Below are positions 17,559 to 27,649 of a DNA stretch of 64,000 nt, piece after piece. The notes beneath the pieces were generated by a model. The model worked only from the letters and a program-made list of their open reading frames with translations. It was not told the DNA's origin and did not search any database. The position numbers and the translations under genes are program-made. The stretch's first letter is position 1; each line of letters begins with the position of its first letter. Source of the stretch: an uncultured bacterium (GTDB lineage: Bacteria; Zhuqueibacterota; QNDG01; CAYUAG01); contig CAZKMO010000002.1 of the NCBI GenBank assembly GCA_964554015.1, positions 549 to 64,548 of the forward strand, read 5' to 3'.

Positions 17559-19886
17559 TCATATTATATTTTCAGGAAATTCCGGGTCATTTAATTTGTC
17601 CATATATTCTTCACCCACCAGAACTTCCCGGGCCTTACTCCCGTCAAAAGGGCCTACAATCCCCACTGCTTCCAGTTCATCAATAAGGCGTCCTGCTCTG
17701 GCATAGCCAATCCTGAGTCGGCGCTGCAGCAGGGAAGCAGATCCCTGTTGGTGGCGTATAACCAGACGGGCAGCCTCTTTGAATAATTCATCCCGTTCTC
17801 CTCCGCTAGTGGTCAAGCCTCTTCTCTTATCTGCTCCTAATTCCTTTAATTTATACTCCGCAGCTGGCGGTTGTTTACTTATATGATCCACTACTCTTTT
17901 TATTTCATCTGTGGACACAAAGGCACCGTGGATTCTCATGGGCTCGGGTTTACGGGGATGCAGATAGAGCATATCCCCCCTTCCTAAGAGTTTTTCCGCT
18001 CCGTTTCTATCCAAGATAGTTCTGGAATCTATTTTAGAACTTACTTTAAAGGCTATTCGGGCCGGAAAATTTGCCTTAATAACGCCGGTGATTACATCCA
18101 CCGACGGTCTTTGGGTTGCCAGAATAAGATGTATGCCCACCGCCCGGGCCATCTGGGCTAATTTGGCAATAGGCTCTTCTATATCATTTGCCCCGGTCAT
18201 CATTAAATCCGCCAATTCATCCACGATCAATACTATCTGAGGAAGTTTTTTCAGGGATCCGTTATCTTTGTCCTTTACCGCCTTGCTGCTGGCAATCAAC
18301 TTATTGTAATCGATAATATCCCTGACTCCGCTTTGAGCCAGAATTTTATATCTGTTTTCCATTTCTCTCTTTAAACTCTGAAGTACTTCAACTGCATTCT
18401 CAACCAAGGTAACCACATCTTCGTTCATATTATAACAGGTGGTAAGGTGGTGTCTCTTCAGTTTTTTGTAAACAGATAACTCCAGTCTTTTGGGATCGAT
18501 CAGAACCATTTTCACATCATCCGGATGGCATCGATATAGTATGCTGTTGATAAAGGTGTTAAGACAAACGGATTTGCCTGATCCGGTTGATCCCGCCACC
18601 AGTAAATGGGGGAGTTCTTGAAGATCAGTAACAACCGGATGTCCGGTGATTGATTTGCCTAAGGCCAGGGTAAGCGGGGAAGCGGATTGTTGAAAAACAT
18701 CGGATTCAATAATGGAACGGATAGATACCCTTTCCGGTTTTCGATTAGGAACTTCAATACCAACTGCCGGTTTCCCTGGTATGGGTGCCACCACCCGTAC
18801 CGGGGTTGCCTGCAATACCAGGGCTAAATCATCCTGTCTGCTGACAAAACTGCTTATCTTTACTCCCGGAGCGGGTTTTACTTCAAACCTGGTAATAACC
18901 GGTCCCGGTTTTATGGCGACAACTTTACATTCTATATCAAACTCCTTTAACCGCTGTTCCAGAAAATGTGCTTTCTCCCGCAATTGCCTGGAATCATACT
19001 CGTACACTGATTTCTCATACCTGTCCAGTAAATCAAGGGCAGGCTTTATATAGGGACCGGAGGTGACGGTCTTAGACTCTTCGGACTCACTCCTCCTTTT
19101 AATTTTGTCTGTAACCGGTTCCGTGACCAAAGGAGGTTTGGTTCTTCCCTTTTTTAGAGGCCGGGACCGGTCTGCCTTATCTTCCTCTGTCAGTTCAGGT
19201 TCATGCTTTTTTTCCGGAATCTGCACTTCACCGGATGTGCTCATCCATTCCTGAGACTGAGCGGAAGTATCCTTTTTCCTTCTTTGAGATACTTTTTTTA
19301 AAAAATTGCCAATATCTCCCATAACAGAATTTATCTCCATCTTAAATCCCAGCACCGACTCCCTCATACTCCACGAGGTCGCCGAAATCAAAAACAGCAG
19401 TAAAACGGTTAAAAGAACAATGATACTCCCCGCAGTACCCAGATACCGGCTTAACTGATCAGCAAAAAATCCTCCCAAATTTCCACTCAAGCGAAACCCC
19501 AGAGTGCTAGAATGATCAGACAAAGCGTGGGGCAAGGCCAGCACGGTTGAAAACAATAAACCCAGAGTTAAAATGTAAATACTCACCCGCAATAAAGGCT
19601 TAAATCCCTTATGCAGAAATATATTCCATCCCAGGAGAAATAATAGAAGGGGAAAGATGAGAGATGAATAACCAATGGTATACACAAATACATAGTAGCT
19701 TATCCAGGCCCCGGCAAGACCCAGCCAGTTGGTTACATTTGCCTTGGAACCACTATTAGGGAAATCTCCAGGATTATAGGATATGAGGCCTATGAAAACA
19801 AGAAGAGAAAAGGCCATAATGAGAATACCCAATACTTCTCTATGTCTCTCATATTGCTTTTTTTTGTTTTTTATTTTCTTGGCCAT
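17559..19886 (-). CDS. ftsK: DNA translocase FtsK/SpoIIIE
   Basis: N-terminal TM helices, motor domain with GSTGSGKSV Walker A, and C-terminal gamma domain QRRLRIGYARAGRLIDELE. Confidence 0.9.
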   Translation of the reverse strand: MAKKIKNKKKQYERHREVLGILIMAFSLLVFIGLISYNPGDFPNSGSKANVTNWLGLAGAWISYYVFVYTIGYSSLIFPLLLFLLGWNIFLHKGFKPLLRVSIYILTLGLLFSTVLALPHALSDHSSTLGFRLSGNLGGFFADQLSRYLGTAGSIIVLLTVLLLFLISATSWSMRESVLGFKMEINSVMGDIGNFLKKVSQRRKKDTSAQSQEWMSTSGEVQIPEKKHEPELTEEDKADRSRPLKKGRTKPPLVTEPVTDKIKRRSESEESKTVTSGPYIKPALDLLDRYEKSVYEYDSRQLREKAHFLEQRLKEFDIECKVVAIKPGPVITRFEVKPAPGVKISSFVSRQDDLALVLQATPVRVVAPIPGKPAVGIEVPNRKPERVSIRSIIESDVFQQSASPLTLALGKSITGHPVVTDLQELPHLLVAGSTGSGKSVCLNTFINSILYRCHPDDVKMVLIDPKRLELSVYKKLKRHHLTTCYNMNEDVVTLVENAVEVLQSLKREMENRYKILAQSGVRDIIDYNKLIASSKAVKDKDNGSLKKLPQIVLIVDELADLMMTGANDIEEPIAKLAQMARAVGIHLILATQRPSVDVITGVIKANFPARIAFKVSSKIDSRTILDRNGAEKLLGRGDMLYLHPRKPEPMRIHGAFVSTDEIKRVVDHISKQPPAAEYKLKELGADKRRGLTTSGGERDELFKEAARLVIRHQQGSASLLQRRLRIGYARAGRLIDELEAVGIVGPFDGSKAREVLVGEEYMDKLNDPEFPENII

Positions 19887-19891
19887 GATAA

Positions 19892-20623
19892 TTATTTTTC
19901 CGCAATCCTTTTCACTATTGATTTATTATAATACAGAGGCAGACAATTCACCTTATTAACTGTCAAACAATAATTCATATCATCTTGTTTCCCCAGGGAG
20001 GAAAGATATCTGCCGTGGGATGAATCCCGAATAATTGATTGAAAATCATCCAGGTAATTTTGGTATAAAATTATACTCATCCTGGCTTCATCACCCATTT
20101 CAAGGTTATTACCTTTTTTCTTTAATCTTGCCAAAATCATACCAGCACACACAGTATCTTCCAAAGAGATTTTACCATAATTTCCGGCGCAGGCAATAAG
20201 GCAATCCCCCTTATTCTGGGAAATTCTTTTTACAACTTTGTTAATATTTAAAAAACCACCAACCCTAATCTCCCTGGCTGATTTGACTCTGAAGAAAACT
20301 TGGGATCCGTTGGTTGAGGAAAAAAGCAAAGTTTTATTAAAAACTTTATCTCTTGTATATTCCAGGGGAGAATTACCTAAATCAAAACCGGGAAATTTCA
20401 ATCCCCTCCTTTCACCACATTTTAACACCTCATCGGCTGGGTAATTCATCGCCTCTTGATCCACTTCTTCCGTTTTTATAAAGGGCACTATTTCCTTAGC
20501 TCCATTATTTATTGCAGATATAATAGTTGAGGTTGCTCTAAAAATATCCACCACTATAACTAGTTTTTCTCTAATGTCAATTTCTGCAAGATCTCGAGGA
20601 AAAAACGTTACATCAATTATCAT
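19892..20623 (-). CDS. comB: 2-phosphosulfolactate phosphatase family protein (ComB-like)
   Basis: LVIVVDIFRATSTIISAINNGAKEI matches the ComB N-terminal signature. Confidence 0.7.
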   Translation of the reverse strand: MIIDVTFFPRDLAEIDIREKLVIVVDIFRATSTIISAINNGAKEIVPFIKTEEVDQEAMNYPADEVLKCGERRGLKFPGFDLGNSPLEYTRDKVFNKTLLFSSTNGSQVFFRVKSAREIRVGGFLNINKVVKRISQNKGDCLIACAGNYGKISLEDTVCAGMILARLKKKGNNLEMGDEARMSIILYQNYLDDFQSIIRDSSHGRYLSSLGKQDDMNYCLTVNKVNCLPLYYNKSIVKRIAEK

Positions 20624-20687
20624 GAATATCCGTTAACCTTTATCAAAATCAGAGATAGACTGAAAGTAAGAAGGTATAATAAATGAT

Positions 20688-21818
20688 TTAATGTAAAAAC
20701 AGCTTTAATTTTTTTCTAGATGTCAAAGGTACAAAAGGAATTTTCGCTATCCTGCCACTCAGTCTTTTATCATCACCCGATTTTTTAAACTCAATTTTTT
20801 CTCCCTCTTGCAGGACCCTCCCTATACCGGCAAAACCTATGGGGGTGTTATTTAAAGAAGGAGATAACACTCCGCTTAAAACAGTTCCAATAATTTCATC
20901 ATTCTGTATAACTTCCCATCCGGGCATAGCTTTTCTTCTGCCCTCAATTATAAAAGGTACAACAAAATAATCAATACCAGAATTCTTTTTTTCTATCAGA
21001 ATCTCTTTTCCTAAAAAATCACTCTCAAAATCAAGGGCAAATTCCCAGGGGTGTCCTATAGCAATTCTGTCTTTTTTCAACTCATGGCCATGCAAAGGAA
21101 GTCCGGCTTCGATTCTAAGTGTGTCTCTGGCCCCTAATCCACAGGGTAAAATGCCAAATTCATCACCTTCCTTTAAGAGTAATCTCCATAATTCAATACA
21201 GTGTCTCACCTCGGTATATAATTCAAAACCTATTTCTCCGGTATATCCGGTTCGTGAAATCAATACTTCCATGTTGTTGATATGTATTCCTTGTTTGAAT
21301 CTGAAAAAGCGTAATTGATCAATACTCTCTTTCCCGGCTACTTTTGCCATCAACTTGGGAGCAGAAGGGCCCTGAAGATCGATTTTAGCAGTTATGTCAC
21401 TGATATTCTCAAGCGTTAGAGAAGAAGGGGCATGATCCTTGATCCAGTTGAAATCAGATTCGATATTGCCCCCATTGACCACCAGCATCCAGTTTTCGGA
21501 ATCAAATCTGTATAAAATGCAATCATCTATAACACCCCCGCTTTCATTAAGCATAAAAGAATACATAGCCTGGCTGTCTTCCATCCTTTCGATATTATTT
21601 GTCAATAAGGTAGAAAGAAATTTCTGACTTTCCCTTCCACCTATTCTAAATTCACCCATATGACAAATATCAAACAGGCCACATTGGTTTCGGGTAGCCT
21701 GATGTTCCTTTGATTGTCCTGTAGCATACCATAGGGGCATAATCCAGCCGGCAAAATCACTCATCTTCCCTTGCAGTCTTTCATGCTCATCATACAGCGG
21801 TGTCTTCTTAGCAACCAA
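20688..21818 (-). CDS. gcvT: aminomethyltransferase (glycine cleavage T-protein family)
   Basis: TPLYDEHERLQGKMSDFAGWIMPLWYAT...LFDICHMGEFRI N-terminal region typical of GcvT. Confidence 0.8.
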   Translation of the reverse strand: MVAKKTPLYDEHERLQGKMSDFAGWIMPLWYATGQSKEHQATRNQCGLFDICHMGEFRIGGRESQKFLSTLLTNNIERMEDSQAMYSFMLNESGGVIDDCILYRFDSENWMLVVNGGNIESDFNWIKDHAPSSLTLENISDITAKIDLQGPSAPKLMAKVAGKESIDQLRFFRFKQGIHINNMEVLISRTGYTGEIGFELYTEVRHCIELWRLLLKEGDEFGILPCGLGARDTLRIEAGLPLHGHELKKDRIAIGHPWEFALDFESDFLGKEILIEKKNSGIDYFVVPFIIEGRRKAMPGWEVIQNDEIIGTVLSGVLSPSLNNTPIGFAGIGRVLQEGEKIEFKKSGDDKRLSGRIAKIPFVPLTSRKKLKLFLH

Positions 21819-21856
21819 AATTACCTCTAATGATTAATTAAATTTATTTTGTAGTA

Positions 21857-21885
21857 AATATATTTAAAATAATTTAAATTGTCAA
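21857..21885 (-). promoter_or_regulatory. candidate sigma70 promoter for gcvT (-35 TTGACA, 17-nt spacer, -10 TATATT on minus strand)
   Basis: Reverse complement reads AAGTGTTGACAatttaaattattttaaaTATATT. Confidence 0.4.
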
Positions 21886-21965
21886 CACTTATTCCCTGTA
21901 TTCAGAAAGACTCCCAAAATGTTAAATTTATTATCTTTAATTTCTATTGTTATAATAGGAAAGTG

Positions 21966-21994
21966 TTGACATTCAAGGATTTTTTTCATATATA
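21966..21994 (+). promoter_or_regulatory. candidate sigma70 promoter for the radical SAM gene (-35 TTGACA, 17-nt spacer, -10 TATATA)
   Basis: AAGTGTTGACAttcaaggatttttttcaTATATA, about 40 nt upstream of a GAAGGAAGG SD and ATG at 22033. Confidence 0.4.
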
Positions 21995-22032
21995 AAGAAC
22001 AAGGTTTCAGTACAGTAAATGAAGGAAGGCAT

Positions 22033-22902
22033 ATGCATTATCAAGGAAACATCATCCGTCCTCCCAGTGAAGCTGATAGTATCATTCTGCAGGTTACTGT
22101 AGGCTGTTCCCATAATAAATGCACATTCTGCGGAGCTTACAAGCACAAGCAATTTACTATTAAAAATAATGAAATCATTGATAAGGATATATCCTTTGCC
22201 GCCAAACATTTTCAACATAAACGCCGGCTATTTTTATGCGATGGTGATGCTTTGATCATTCCCCAGCCCAGATTAGTTTCTCTCTTGATAAAACTAAAAA
22301 ATCAGCTTCCCTGGCTTACCAGAGTGGGAATCTATGCCAATGCAAAAAGTATTAAGAAAAAATCTCTGCCCGATCTTCAGGAACTAAAAAGACTGGGATT
22401 AGGCATTATTTATATGGGATTGGAATCCGGGGATGACCAGACGTTAAAGGCAGTAAACAAGGGGATTCTTTCCGGAGAAATGATTGAACAGGCAAAAAAG
22501 GTAGGTGAGACGGGCATTAAACTATCCCTGACCGTGCTGTTGGGATTAGCGGGACCGGAGCGTTCTGATCTTCATGCCAAAGCAACCGGAAGAGTATTGT
22601 CGGAAATAGATCCGGAATTCATTGGTGCCCTTACTTTAATGCTTATCCCCGGGACCCCTTTATACCATGAATATCAGAAGGGATTGTTTACTCTCTTAGA
22701 ACCCGAGCAAATACTGAAGGAATTACGGACCATGATTGCCCACACTCATCTCACCAGAGGATTATTTCTTTCCAATCATGCTTCTAACTTTCTCCCCCTT
22801 AAAATCCGCCTTCCCCGCGATCAGCAGACTGCCCTTGGTATGATCGATGAGGCCTTAAAGGGTAATATTGCCCTGACCCCGGAATGGCTGCGGGGATTAT
22901 GA
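22033..22902 (+). CDS. radical SAM protein with variant CX4CX2C cluster motif (GCSHNKCTFCG)
   Basis: N-terminal Cys triad followed by an Elp3/MiaB-like TIM-barrel region (GLESGDDQTL). Function unknown. Confidence 0.7.
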   Translation: MHYQGNIIRPPSEADSIILQVTVGCSHNKCTFCGAYKHKQFTIKNNEIIDKDISFAAKHFQHKRRLFLCDGDALIIPQPRLVSLLIKLKNQLPWLTRVGIYANAKSIKKKSLPDLQELKRLGLGIIYMGLESGDDQTLKAVNKGILSGEMIEQAKKVGETGIKLSLTVLLGLAGPERSDLHAKATGRVLSEIDPEFIGALTLMLIPGTPLYHEYQKGLFTLLEPEQILKELRTMIAHTHLTRGLFLSNHASNFLPLKIRLPRDQQTALGMIDEALKGNIALTPEWLRGL

Positions 22903-23249
22903 GTATTTCTTCCTGATCAAAGAGTTGGAAAAGATTGAGAATCAGATTCAGGTTAAGGTTAAGGAAAACATCTTTAAATCCTTGGAATAGTGGAATACTG
23001 GAAGGTTGGAATATTGTAAAATTTCTATCCCATTATTCCTTCATTCCAACCTTCCCTTCTCCCTATTACCATTTTTAAATAGCCAGTTTTGCCAGGTACT
23101 CATCAAAAAATAATTTTCCCTTGACATTGGACAATTAAAATGTTATATAATTATTAATCCATATTTAATGTCTCTATAGATAATTATTTAGTTACTGGAA
23201 TTTTTAGTAGTTTATATTAGATTAATAAATAATAAAATTAAAAAATAGG

Positions 23250-24041
23250 ATGACAGCCATGAAAATAACCGACCTCTCCCCCCAATATCATAAACCATAC
23301 TTTTGCTGTCTTGAAGACTGGTCGGAGGATATGAAGGAAGCCGGCAACCATAAGCAGGTATGGTTTAAAAAAATGAAAGATAAAGGTCTACGGGTTAAAA
23401 TTGCCCTGGAAGAAGAAAAAGTATGCGGCATGATCCAATATGTCCCAGTTGAGATTTCATCTATTGCAGGAGAAGGCCTTTATTTCATTCAGTGCATCTG
23501 GGTGCACGGGCATAAACAAGGTATTGGGAATTACCAGAAAAAAGGAATCGGGAAAGCACTTCTTCAAGCAGCAGAAAAGGATATAAAATCAATGCATAAA
23601 AAAGGAGTGGTAGCCTGGGGTATATCTCTTCCTTTCTGGATGAAAGCCTCCTGGTTTAAAAAACAAGGGTATAAAAAAATTGATAAAAATGGCATGGCAG
23701 TGTTACTGTGGAAACCTTTTATGGAAAATGCCATCCCGCCCCGGTGGATAAGGAAAAAAAAGAAACCCCCTACCAAAGAAGGAAAGGTAGTTGTCACTTC
23801 CTTTATAAATGGATGGTGTTCGGTCCAGAATATGGTGCATGAAAGAGCAAAACGAGCCTCCCAAGAATTTGGTAATAAAGTGGAATTTCAGGAAATACAA
23901 ACCTCAAATAGAGAAGTATTGGAGGAATGGGGAATTTCTGATGCTTTGTTTATTGATGGAAAACAGTTAAGTACAGGCCCGCCTCCTTCTTTTGAGAAAA
24001 TAAAAAAGAAAATCAGGAGGAGAGTAAAAAAATTAGCCTGA
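23250..24041 (+). CDS. GNAT-family N-acetyltransferase fused to a C-terminal thioredoxin-like (monothiol WCSVQ) domain
   Basis: HKQGIGNYQKKGIGKALL acetyl-CoA-binding-like motif. C-terminal VVVTSFINGWCSVQ...DALFIDGKQLSTG resembles a small redox-active-disulfide protein fold with the second Cys replaced. Confidence 0.55.
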   Translation: MTAMKITDLSPQYHKPYFCCLEDWSEDMKEAGNHKQVWFKKMKDKGLRVKIALEEEKVCGMIQYVPVEISSIAGEGLYFIQCIWVHGHKQGIGNYQKKGIGKALLQAAEKDIKSMHKKGVVAWGISLPFWMKASWFKKQGYKKIDKNGMAVLLWKPFMENAIPPRWIRKKKKPPTKEGKVVVTSFINGWCSVQNMVHERAKRASQEFGNKVEFQEIQTSNREVLEEWGISDALFIDGKQLSTGPPPSFEKIKKKIRRRVKKLA

Positions 24042-24109
24042 TGTATTCATAATCACAAAAATTCGAGACAGCAATCTATTAATAATATTGAATAACAGGT
24101 GATACAGAT

Positions 24110-24538
24110 ATGCTAATCAAAAAAATAAACTATGGTGAAATTTTCCTGGGTAGACTTAGCTACGGTGCAGATTTATTGGAAGAATTAATAAAGGTGTGTT
24201 CGGAAAAAGAAATACAATTAGGCCAAGTGCAAGCCCTGGGAGCAGTACAGAAGGCTCGTATAGGATATTATGACCAGAAATCAAAAAAATTCCGGTTTCA
24301 TACCCTGGACAAACCTCATGAAATCCTCTCCCTTGTGGGTAATATATCCCTTAAAAATAACAAACCCATAGTGCATGCTCACCTCACCTTAGCTGATGAA
24401 AAAGGAAGAGCATGGGGAGGACATCTAGCCTCGGGTACAATTGTGTATGCCTGTGAATACCTTATTCAAAGCTTTGAAGGTGCAACTCTTGAACGTGAAT
24501 ATGATAAGAAGACAGATTTATCCTTGTGGCAAAAATGA
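24110..24538 (+). CDS. PPC/DUF296-domain protein (PD1-like DNA-binding family)
   Basis: EILSLVGNISLKNNKPIVHAHLTLADEKGRAWGGHLASG matches the DUF296 core. Confidence 0.7.
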   Translation: MLIKKINYGEIFLGRLSYGADLLEELIKVCSEKEIQLGQVQALGAVQKARIGYYDQKSKKFRFHTLDKPHEILSLVGNISLKNNKPIVHAHLTLADEKGRAWGGHLASGTIVYACEYLIQSFEGATLEREYDKKTDLSLWQK

Positions 24539-24994
24539 ACTCATCCGGTAAGAAATGTGTTTTTTACCATATAGCAATAATAAAATTAAATCCAATATCA
24601 ATTACCATTCTGATTTTATTGCGGAATAGGAAAAATCAATAAATAAAATGAATCAAATTTTATTTCTCTACGTATTATAAAAATATATTGAAAATGAAAA
24701 TAACTCTTGAAGCAAATACCTGATTAGCATCGAGAACAGGCTTAAGCTGAGATGAAACCTCAGATGGATAAAGGTGAAATAAGTAATACAAAAGTCAAGG
24801 AGGTAAAAGTCAATACTGGTGTTTCAAATGATCTTTTAAAAGGTAGTGAGTTGGGAAAATAATTATCTTTTCTAAAGACAAATAATCGCCATACTAATAT
24901 TGTATTTATATTTGTTAATTTATTTTTTTTCCTTATATTCAAGTTATTTTATAAAAAAATTGTAAAAAAAATTAATTTTATTTTAGGAGGAAAC

Positions 24995-26659
24995 ATGCAA
25001 AAATTAGTGAATTATCTTGTAATTCTAATATTCTTGATCAGTTGTCATTTTGCTCTAGGACAGAGTCTGGATAAATATATTGCCGAGGCAAACGAGCATT
25101 ATCAATCCGGGGAAACAGGAAAAGCAGCTCAGGTAATGAAAAAAGCCGTGGAAAATTTTCCCGAAAATTCAACCGCCTGCTCCTATTTAGGATTTTATCA
25201 GGGCACCATGGCCGGAGAAACTGAAAATTTCATGCAGGCAGGTGAATTAATCGCACAATCTTATGAGAATCTGAACAAGGCAGTGGAACTTGATCCCAAT
25301 AACCCTGTTGCCCGCTTTCATAGAGGACTCATGGGAATTAGTGTACCTTCCTTTATGAATAAACTGGATGAGGGAATAGCCGACCTCGAATTTTTAACCG
25401 AATTATCCCAGAAGGCTCCGGAGCAAGTACCTTCCGACCTCCTCATTTTCGGATACGATTTTCTGGCTCAAGGATATCAGAAAAAAGGCAACCAAGCGGA
25501 AGCCGCTGCAACCTGGAAAAAAATAATTGAGCTTGCTCCTGAATCAGATATGGCCCATAAAGCAGAAAATATGATTTCTGGGTCAGCTTCCCCTTCCCCG
25601 GAAAAAGAAAAAAAACCTGAGGAGAAAAAATATACCCAAGCTGAGCTCAAACAGCTGCAACAAAAAACAAAACAAAATCCGAATGATATTAACCTGCAGA
25701 TTAAATTAGGGAAAGCCTATATCGACCAAGCACAATATGAAAAAGCAGATGATATATTAAAAAATGTCATTCAGAAAGACTCCACCAATGTAAAAGCATA
25801 CAAGCTGCTTATTGAAGCAGTGAATGGATTGGCCGGAAAAGGCTATGACCAGACTATTTATGAGGATCAAAGCTACCGCACCAGGCTTGTTTTTGAAATA
25901 GGCAAATTGACCGATAAAGCAATTGCTTTGGCCCCTGATGATATTGCATTACGGCTGAATCGGGGTATTACCGGTATCATGATGCCTTTTTTTCTAGGCA
26001 AGTTAGACCAAGGCATTGAGGATTTGAATTTTGTACTCGACAGTAAGGCTGACCAGGAAGCAAAAGCAGAGGCTACCTACTGGCTGGGATATGCCTATCA
26101 AAAAAAGGCAATTACTAATTGGATAAAGGTCATAACCAAATATCCGGGTTCGGATGCTTCTCAGTATGCTTTTCAGAGCATGCGTCCTTCGGTAAAACAT
26201 TTTAATCCAGCCGACTATAAAAAACCATTTGTGGACATTGACTTTATCCTGGGTTTTCAGGATGAACTGGCTCCTCAGACAGTGGTATGGATTGAGGATA
26301 AAAATGAAAATTTCATTAAAACCGTGTATGTCTCCGGATTCAGCGGATACGCCAAAGAAAAACAGGTGAATCTCCCTCAATGGTCCAACGCTTCCGATTA
26401 TGTCGATGTGGATGGAGTGACTGGGGCCAGTATAGATGTGGGACATCATATTTATGTCTGGGATCTGAAAGATCATAAGGGAAATACAGTTAAAAAGGGA
26501 GAATATGTGGTCAAAATTGAAGTTGCTTACTGGCCCAGTATGGAATATCAAATGGTATCTGTTCCCCTGACCATTGGCAGTGACAGCAAAAAGTCGGTGA
26601 AGGAAGAAGGCAATTTGATTCCCTATGCGGAAGTAAAATATTATGGGGAAGATAAATAA
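24995..26659 (+). CDS. TPR-repeat protein, probable lipoprotein, with C-terminal beta-rich domain
   Basis: Signal peptide with LISC lipobox, multiple TPR-like repeats, and a Lys/Glu-rich linker. Confidence 0.65.
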   Translation: MQKLVNYLVILIFLISCHFALGQSLDKYIAEANEHYQSGETGKAAQVMKKAVENFPENSTACSYLGFYQGTMAGETENFMQAGELIAQSYENLNKAVELDPNNPVARFHRGLMGISVPSFMNKLDEGIADLEFLTELSQKAPEQVPSDLLIFGYDFLAQGYQKKGNQAEAAATWKKIIELAPESDMAHKAENMISGSASPSPEKEKKPEEKKYTQAELKQLQQKTKQNPNDINLQIKLGKAYIDQAQYEKADDILKNVIQKDSTNVKAYKLLIEAVNGLAGKGYDQTIYEDQSYRTRLVFEIGKLTDKAIALAPDDIALRLNRGITGIMMPFFLGKLDQGIEDLNFVLDSKADQEAKAEATYWLGYAYQKKAITNWIKVITKYPGSDASQYAFQSMRPSVKHFNPADYKKPFVDIDFILGFQDELAPQTVVWIEDKNENFIKTVYVSGFSGYAKEKQVNLPQWSNASDYVDVDGVTGASIDVGHHIYVWDLKDHKGNTVKKGEYVVKIEVAYWPSMEYQMVSVPLTIGSDSKKSVKEEGNLIPYAEVKYYGEDK

Positions 26660-26700
26660 TTTGATTTTATTCTAATTATATAGAATTAAACCAGATTATG

Positions 26701-26739
26701 ATCGCCCGGAAGCACCACTCCGGGCGATTTTTATTTATT
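26701..26739 (+). terminator. rho-independent terminator (atcgcccgga-agcaccact-ccgggcgat + TTTTATTTATT)
   Basis: Perfect 9-10-bp GC-rich stem followed by a T-tract, 42 nt after the TPR gene stop. Confidence 0.65.
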
Positions 26740-26995
26740 ATCAAAAGTATTATTGCAATCCCTGATAATTGTAACCGGGGAAAAAGCCTATTCTGCTTTT
26801 CTACCTGATCACTATATAAATTCGGCCGGCTCTATTCCTTCTGGTTGTATCATAGTATTATTTTCCCTTTTATTTAGGAAATATAATCTAAATCTGTTAA
26901 ATTAATAGAAATTTTAGGAAAATACTTGCATTTATAGGAAAAAGTGACTATATTTAAGCGTTATTTATCATAATCATGAATTAGGATGAAAGATT

Positions 26996-27649
26996 ATGGA
27001 TACACTATTAACTCTGGAAGAAGTTTCCAAATACCTGCGGGTATCGGAACGTACAGTCAAAGCCTGGGCTGCAAGTGGTAAATTGCCGGGCGGTAAACTG
27101 GGGGGTTCCTGGCGTTTCCGACAGGGAGATATTCAGGAATGGGTTAACAAACAGCTGACTCCTCATAAACACAGCAGAGCTCTTCAAGGAGAATATTCCA
27201 TCCGGACCCTATTAAAACCATCCAGGATTTATATTACCAATTTCAGTACCAAAGAGGAATTCTTAGACTTTTTTATTAAAAAGGGAGCTTCGGTGCCCGG
27301 TGTTTCGGAAGAGGCGGAAATTGCTGAGGCTGTGTATAAAAGAGAAAATTTGATGAGTACGGGAATCGGACTTAATATTGCGGTTCCTCATGTTCGCCTT
27401 AATGAAGTTAAAAGTCTGAATATCTTTTTTGCCGTAAACAGCCATGATATTAACGATTATGCATCTCTGGACAATCTACCTGTCCGTATCGGGATTTTTT
27501 TTGTGGTTGGCCGAAATCAGCATTCTGAATACATCAAAGCACTTTCTGTTTTGGTAGAACGGCTTAAAAACCACCTTATCCATGAGCAAGTACTTCAGGC
27601 AAGGTCGGAAAAGGATATCTATGATTCCTTAGTACAGGGAGATCTCTAA
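26996..27649 (+). CDS. HTH (excisionase/MerR-like) - PTS EIIA type-2 (PtsN-like) fusion regulator
   Basis: N-terminal LTLEEVSKYLRVSERTVKAWAASGKLPGGKLGGSWRF HTH_17-type domain. C-terminal GIGLNIAVPHVR His-containing EIIA-2 motif. Confidence 0.7.
   Translation: MDTLLTLEEVSKYLRVSERTVKAWAASGKLPGGKLGGSWRFRQGDIQEWVNKQLTPHKHSRALQGEYSIRTLLKPSRIYITNFSTKEEFLDFFIKKGASVPGVSEEAEIAEAVYKRENLMSTGIGLNIAVPHVRLNEVKSLNIFFAVNSHDINDYASLDNLPVRIGIFFVVGRNQHSEYIKALSVLVERLKNHLIHEQVLQARSEKDIYDSLVQGDL

Noticed and set aside
24540-24994. A possible small (<40 aa) ORF in the 455-bp AT-rich region upstream of the TPR lipoprotein gene.
   Set aside because: I could not verify the reading frame by hand (an A-run makes the frame ambiguous). 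There is no convincing RBS, so it is not reported as a feature.
26003-26551. 182-aa minus-strand ORF inside the TPR lipoprotein gene.
   Set aside because: Antisense to a well-supported gene; no motifs; atypical composition.
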